From Gemmatimonadales bacterium (GTDB taxonomy: Bacteria; Gemmatimonadota; Gemmatimonadetes; Gemmatimonadales; GWC2-71-9): DNA of 64,000 bases. The translations under genes were made by a program, and so were the position numbers. The notes beneath the pieces were generated by a model. The model had not been told where the DNA came from. It saw only the letters and a program-made list of their open reading frames with translations, and did not search any database. Within the stretch, counting starts at the first letter, position 1. Every line of letters starts with the position of its first letter. Positions 60,450 through 64,000 of the stretch are shown here, piece by piece. The stretch lies in contig OZ252244.1 of assembly GCA_965249575.1 (NCBI GenBank), positions 3,232,001 through 3,296,000 of the forward strand. The letters run 5' to 3'.

Positions 60450-61542
60450 TGTCACACCGGGTTTCGCTGCACGGCTCCTATCGGATCGACCGACGCTTTC
60501 GCGGCGTGGGGCGGATTGCGGTCGCGAGCGGTGCCACCACAAAGGGGGCGTACCAGGATCGCCTTGCCTGTCTCACGTCGCTGTCAAACCAAGGACGGCT
60601 CGACGTGCTCCAGGCAGTCAAGGGCGGTCGGGTGACCGTCACCCAGGTCTACAGTGCCCACAAACGGGACGCGATCGACGACCTCATGGCGTCCCTGAAT
60701 CCGCAGCCTGAGCATGCCGCGTTCTGGCCTTCGGTCTGGGAGTGGCTTGGGCCGGAGGACAAGCGAGGGGCCACCGCCCAGCGGTACGCGAGCACGTTCA
60801 AAAAGCTCGAGCGCATCGGTATGACGGTGGTCAAGGACAAGCAGCGGCGACCCGTTGAAGCGGTGGCCGATCTCGGCTGCGTGGACTGGCCATCGGTCCG
60901 TCAGCGCTGGGTGGGTTCGGCAGCCGACCGCAACCACCTCCGGCGGGCGTTGGGCAAGTTCCTCACCGATCATTTGGGAGACGTCTACGATCCGCTCCGC
61001 CGTATCGTGGTGAAGCGCTTCCGAAGGAAACGGAACGGCCTCGAACACCTGACATCCCGCCGGTCCTGTTCTGGCGCATCGTCCAGGCAGCCCCCGAGCA
61101 CCTGCGAGCCGCTTACGTGACCATCGTGACGCTCGGCCTCCGTGCGGGTGAGTATCTCCGCCTTCGACCCGAACACCTGCACCCGCTCACGCATCAGGTG
61201 ACGATTCCTGGCACCAAGACGGCGGGCTCGGCCGATGTGATCCGCGTCGATGAACGCATGTGGCGCTGGGTGGTCACGGGCGTCCCGTCCCCTGTGCAGT
61301 ATCGCCGACTGTGGGAAGGATGGAAGCAAGCGCTCGTGGCCGCTGGCACGGATCCCTCGCTTCGGCTTCACGATCTCCGGCACTGTTCGGCGCAGTGGGC
61401 CGTGGACGCCGGACTTCCCGAGGCGAGCGTCCAGGTGTTCATGCGACACGCGAGCGCCGACATGACGCGGGCCTATGCGAAGCAGCGGGACAAGGGCATG
61501 GTGTCCCAAGCCCTCGCCGATGTCCTGGTTGGGGCCGCATGA
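60446..61542 (+). pseudogene. Tyrosine recombinase/integrase with one frameshift near 61020
   Basis: Joining the frames gives ..KRF/PKETERPRTPDI..YVTIVTLGLRAGE..GTKT..LHDLRH..MRHAS..TRAYA (R-K-HxxR-H-Y catalytic set). Confidence 0.85.
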
Positions 61543-61543
61543 C

Positions 61544-61596
61544 TTTCTTCATACTTCTTTCTTCGTACCTGCGGGGGACTCTCTTCTTTCTTCGTA
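61544..61596 (+). repeat. Three direct repeats of TTTCTTCRTA
   Basis: Copies at 61544-61553, 61558-61567 and 61587-61596; the last two extend to an exact CTTCTTTCTTCGTA. Confidence 0.7.
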
Positions 61597-61701
61597 GCGG
61601 AGAAGCGCGAACCGGGAGGGGTGAAACCCACGCGATCAGGTGCGTTCCACAGTATCTTCCACGGTCACGGGGTAGGGTTCAAATCCTCACGAATACCGCA
61701 A

Positions 61702-61729
61702 TTGCAGAACTATCCAAGCCGATTAGACT
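61702..61729 (+). promoter_or_regulatory. Putative tRNA promoter
   Basis: TTGCAG-16 nt-TAGACT, 11 nt upstream of the tRNA. Confidence 0.4.
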
Positions 61730-61740
61730 TATCTCACTCG

Positions 61741-61814
61741 GGGCCCTTAGCTCAGCTGGTTAGAGCAGCGGACTCATAATCCGTCGGTCGTAGGTTCAAA
61801 TCCTACAGGGCCCA
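61741..61814 (+). tRNA. tRNA with CAT anticodon, probably tRNA-Ile2 (lysidine); CCA not encoded
   Basis: Acceptor stem GGGCCCT/AGGGCCC, D-arm AGCTCAGCTGGTTAGAGC, anticodon arm GCGGA-CTCATAA-TCCGT, T-arm GTAGGTTCAAATCCTAC. Resembles ileX-type tRNAs and lacks initiator features. Confidence 0.93.
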
Positions 61815-62052
61815 CTGACAACACCTTACGGCAAGTCGTACAATCACTTACGGCTTGCCGTTCGTCGTTGAGTAGACAGGGAATGGACAGGGAAAAGACG
61901 GGAAAACGCGCAAAAAGTCCCTCACATAATCCCTCACCATTGTTCGTGACGATACTGACACCGGTCTCGTCGTAACACAGCCGTTTCGTAGCCTTACGCC
62001 TGCTTTTCCCGATGAGTCTCACGATTACGATCAGTTACGCGCACTAGCAGCA

Positions 62053-62217
62053 CACTAACTGTTCGCGTGAGCGCTGGTAGCCAAGACGGGAGGCCCGATT
62101 GTCCAGCTGTCGCCTCCACGCCCTCCAAGATGCGCTGGTCGCAGGAAGTGGATTGGGTGGACTGAGTGAGCGTTGGCGCCGGCCCCCCGTTGGCCGAGAG
62201 GTCATGTCACGTTATGG
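62053..62217 (-). mobile_element. Possible degenerate integron attC site
   Basis: Minus strand CCATAAC...GGCCAACGGGGGGCC...GGCCTCCCGTCTTGGC...GTTAGTG imperfect palindrome, about 60 nt after the stop of the upstream minus-strand gene. Confidence 0.35.
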
Positions 62218-62280
62218 GCGGTCTCAGATGCGTGATGTGTTTTCAGAATAGGTGTTTGCCTCCACGCCCCAGCGTATCAC

Positions 62281-62997
62281 CTACGCTCCCTCTCCGTTGC
62301 GCGAAATTACGTGACCATCGAAGGAAATGATCTTGTATTTCAATCCACGAAGCATCGGCTCTAGTTCGGCACGCTCTTCGCTGGTCGCAAACACTATTTG
62401 TGCGCCTCTCTCACCTGCACTTGCAGCGCGGCCCAAGAGTCCAGCAAGACTCACCCTCTCAGTCTCTTGCTGGCGTGGCTCGTCAAACACAAGCAACCCC
62501 GGATGACCAGAGCACCCAAATTCTAGCGCGGTCTCCAACAGAGCGATCTGGTAGGCCCATTTGAGCCGGATAGCGTCACTAGCAGAGATCTCGAAGCCCA
62601 TCTCAAAGCCTTCGTTAACCGGTCGATAGCTGTCGGGCGAGATGTCTATGTCTTCCGGTCGGAACGTTGAGAAGCCATAAAGGCCAAGCTGCTCCACAAG
62701 GCGAGTCCGCAGCGCGCCCAGTTTGCCGCGATCATCGGGACTCAGTGCGTGAACCGGAAGTCCCTTCAGCTCCGTCATCGCGCTAGCGAAGTCTGCTGCT
62801 ACTTTCGCTAGCTGATTTCGAATCTCCTGGAGACGCTCCGCTATCCGTTCCCGCGTGCGAATACGCTCTTGAAGTACGACGCGCTCTTGAATCGCAGCAG
62901 TCGAGGGACCACTGCCAGGTGCAGTGAGAGAAGTCTTGAGAGTACGAGAGCGGTTTTGTAGTTCTCTGATTTGAGCTCCCACGGCCGTTAGGTTCAC
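62281..62997 (-). pseudogene. C-terminal part of an SMC-like ABC ATPase of Lamassu (LmuB)/ABC-three-component type
   Basis: Coiled coil, then signature-like SASDAIR, Walker B HPGLLVFDEPRQQ and QIVFATS. Walker A half missing; lower GC. Confidence 0.7.
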
Positions 62998-63008
62998 TTC
63001 GTACCGCC

Positions 63009-63215
63009 CTACTCGATTCGGGACAAGCCGATTCGTTCTACTACGTGATGCCCTTCATCGAGGGCGAATCGCTGCGGGAGAAACTAAATCGCGAGACGCA
63101 GCTCGGTATCGACGAGGCGGTGAAGATCGTGAGCGGGGTGGCGGACGCCCTAGACTATGCCCATCGCCAGGACGTGATGCATCGCGATATCAAGCCAGAG
63201 AACATCCTGCTCCAT
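63009..63215 (+). pseudogene. Internal fragment of a Hanks-type Ser/Thr kinase
   Basis: LDSGQADSFYYVMPFIEGESLR..ALDYAH..HRDIKPENILL; no Gly-rich loop or DFG. Confidence 0.82.
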
Positions 63216-63365
63216 CTCGCAGTGAGCGGTACCTTCTCAGGCGAGCCCGCCGCGAGGCGCGACCAGCCAGGCGGCTAATATCGAATGGTTGTCTCTTCCC
63301 GAGAATCATCATCTCGACCGTCGATCGCGGCCTCACAGTCGATGCCACGCACCGCAGAGGTCATC

Positions 63366-63710
63366 ATGTTCGCTCCTGAAACCCTTCGCGAGTTCCATGA
63401 CCACATGGAGTGGGCTGACGCCGAGGTATGGTCGGTGGCCCTCAGGACCGACGGGGCCTCCAGCGACGCGTCCCTGCGCGGCAAACTTTTACATGTGCAC
63501 CAGACCCAGCGTTCGTACCTGAGAATGTGGACCGACCAGCCTCAGGGGCCTGTGGCGTCGAAGCACGTGGATAGCATGTTCGCCCTGCACGAATGGGCCC
63601 GCACCTATTACGTAGATGCGCGAGCATTCCTCGGAGCTGCCGATTCGTCCACGCTTGAGACGCTAGTGCCAGAGGTGTTTCGCCGACGAATGGAGCAAGA
63701 GTTGGGTCGC
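63366..63710 (+). pseudogene. DinB-family protein, apparently 3'-truncated
   Basis: MFAPETLREFHDHMEWADAEVW..LLHVHQTQRSYLRMW; the expected C-terminal HxxxHRGQ is absent and the frame runs on into attC-like DNA. Confidence 0.55.
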
Positions 63711-63781
63711 GGGCGCGCATTGCCTGGGTGTGGTATGGGAGACCTGCGGCTGAATGGACTGACCTTCCACCCCGGAACGCC

Positions 63782-63950
63782 ATCTAACCTCTCTGCGCTT
63801 CAGCCGCAGGCGATCCGCCCGCCGGTGCACCACCCGAAGCCATCACGCGGCTCATCAGCACGTGCGGAACGTGCACGGTCCTCCCCAGGCGCACAAACCA
63901 ACGGTTTCCCTACCGTAGCATCGCCTGCCAGCTGCAAGCGCATGCTAGGC
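63782..63950 (-). mobile_element. Integron attC-like site
   Basis: Minus strand R'' GCCTAGC (one mismatch to RYYYAAC), ATGCG, L'' CTTGCAGC, TGGCAGGCG ... CGCCTGCG, L' GCTGAAG, CGCAGAGAG, R' GTTAGAT. Arms pair with one extra base in L''. Confidence 0.65.
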
Positions 63951-64000
63951 GGCGAGCGCAGCGGGATGCACACTCGCTCAAGGTCGATGTCTTCATTGCG

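Larger units (their letters stand above)
59679..61600 (+). mobile_element. Remnant of an integrative, phage-satellite-like element
   Basis: Co-oriented DUF3987-like tail, AlpA-like gene, HTH and tyrosine integrase, followed by short direct repeats. The left end truncates a GT4 gene. Confidence 0.7.

Noticed and set aside
61741..61814. Calling the tRNA initiator or elongator Met
   Set aside because: Paired G1-C72 and no run of three G-C pairs in the anticodon stem exclude the initiator; the sequence resembles Ile2. Elongator Met is not fully excluded without tRNAscan-SE isotype models.
1..64000. CRISPR array, rRNA, IS transposase or integron integrase
   Set aside because: No regularly spaced repeats, rRNA-like sequence or transposase motifs seen; the tyrosine recombinase lacks the IntI-specific insertion.

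Overview
High-GC bacterial chromosomal window; gene styles such as the Hanks-kinase fragment suggest Gemmatimonadota, which is an inference. (1) 1-19.5 kb is an intact housekeeping block: a PpiD/SurA-type chaperone divergent from a tightly coupled run of TPR/acidic protein, aroQ, Xaa-Pro peptidase, efp, accB, a PilT/PilU ATPase, accC, comB, ftsK, yraN, recA, recX, alaS, PHP Tyr-phosphatase, SDR and cca. (2) 19.5-30.3 kb is a decayed polysaccharide locus: GT2 with two nonsense codons, frameshifted wzc, O-antigen ligase/GT4/Wzy/Wzz/methyltransferase fragments, two sulfotransferase-like genes and a REC-degenerate-GGDEF regulator. (3) 30.3-56.6 kb is an apparently intact Wzy-dependent capsule/EPS cluster: wzz, a large SLBB OPX protein, rmlABDC, hflX, epimerases, a WecA-CapD(N-term) fusion, wzi, wzx, methyltransferase, asnB-like, wzy, GT4s and an inverted Tat-exported beta-helix protein. 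(4) 56.6-64 kb holds more broken polysaccharide genes, a phage-satellite-like remnant (DUF3987 tail, AlpA-like, HTH, frameshifted tyrosine integrase), a CAT-anticodon tRNA (likely Ile2), and a downstream decayed island. That island carries a Lamassu/ABC-3C-type SMC ATPase tail, kinase and DinB fragments and one or two attC-like palindromes. All assignments come from motif recognition by eye; no searches were run.
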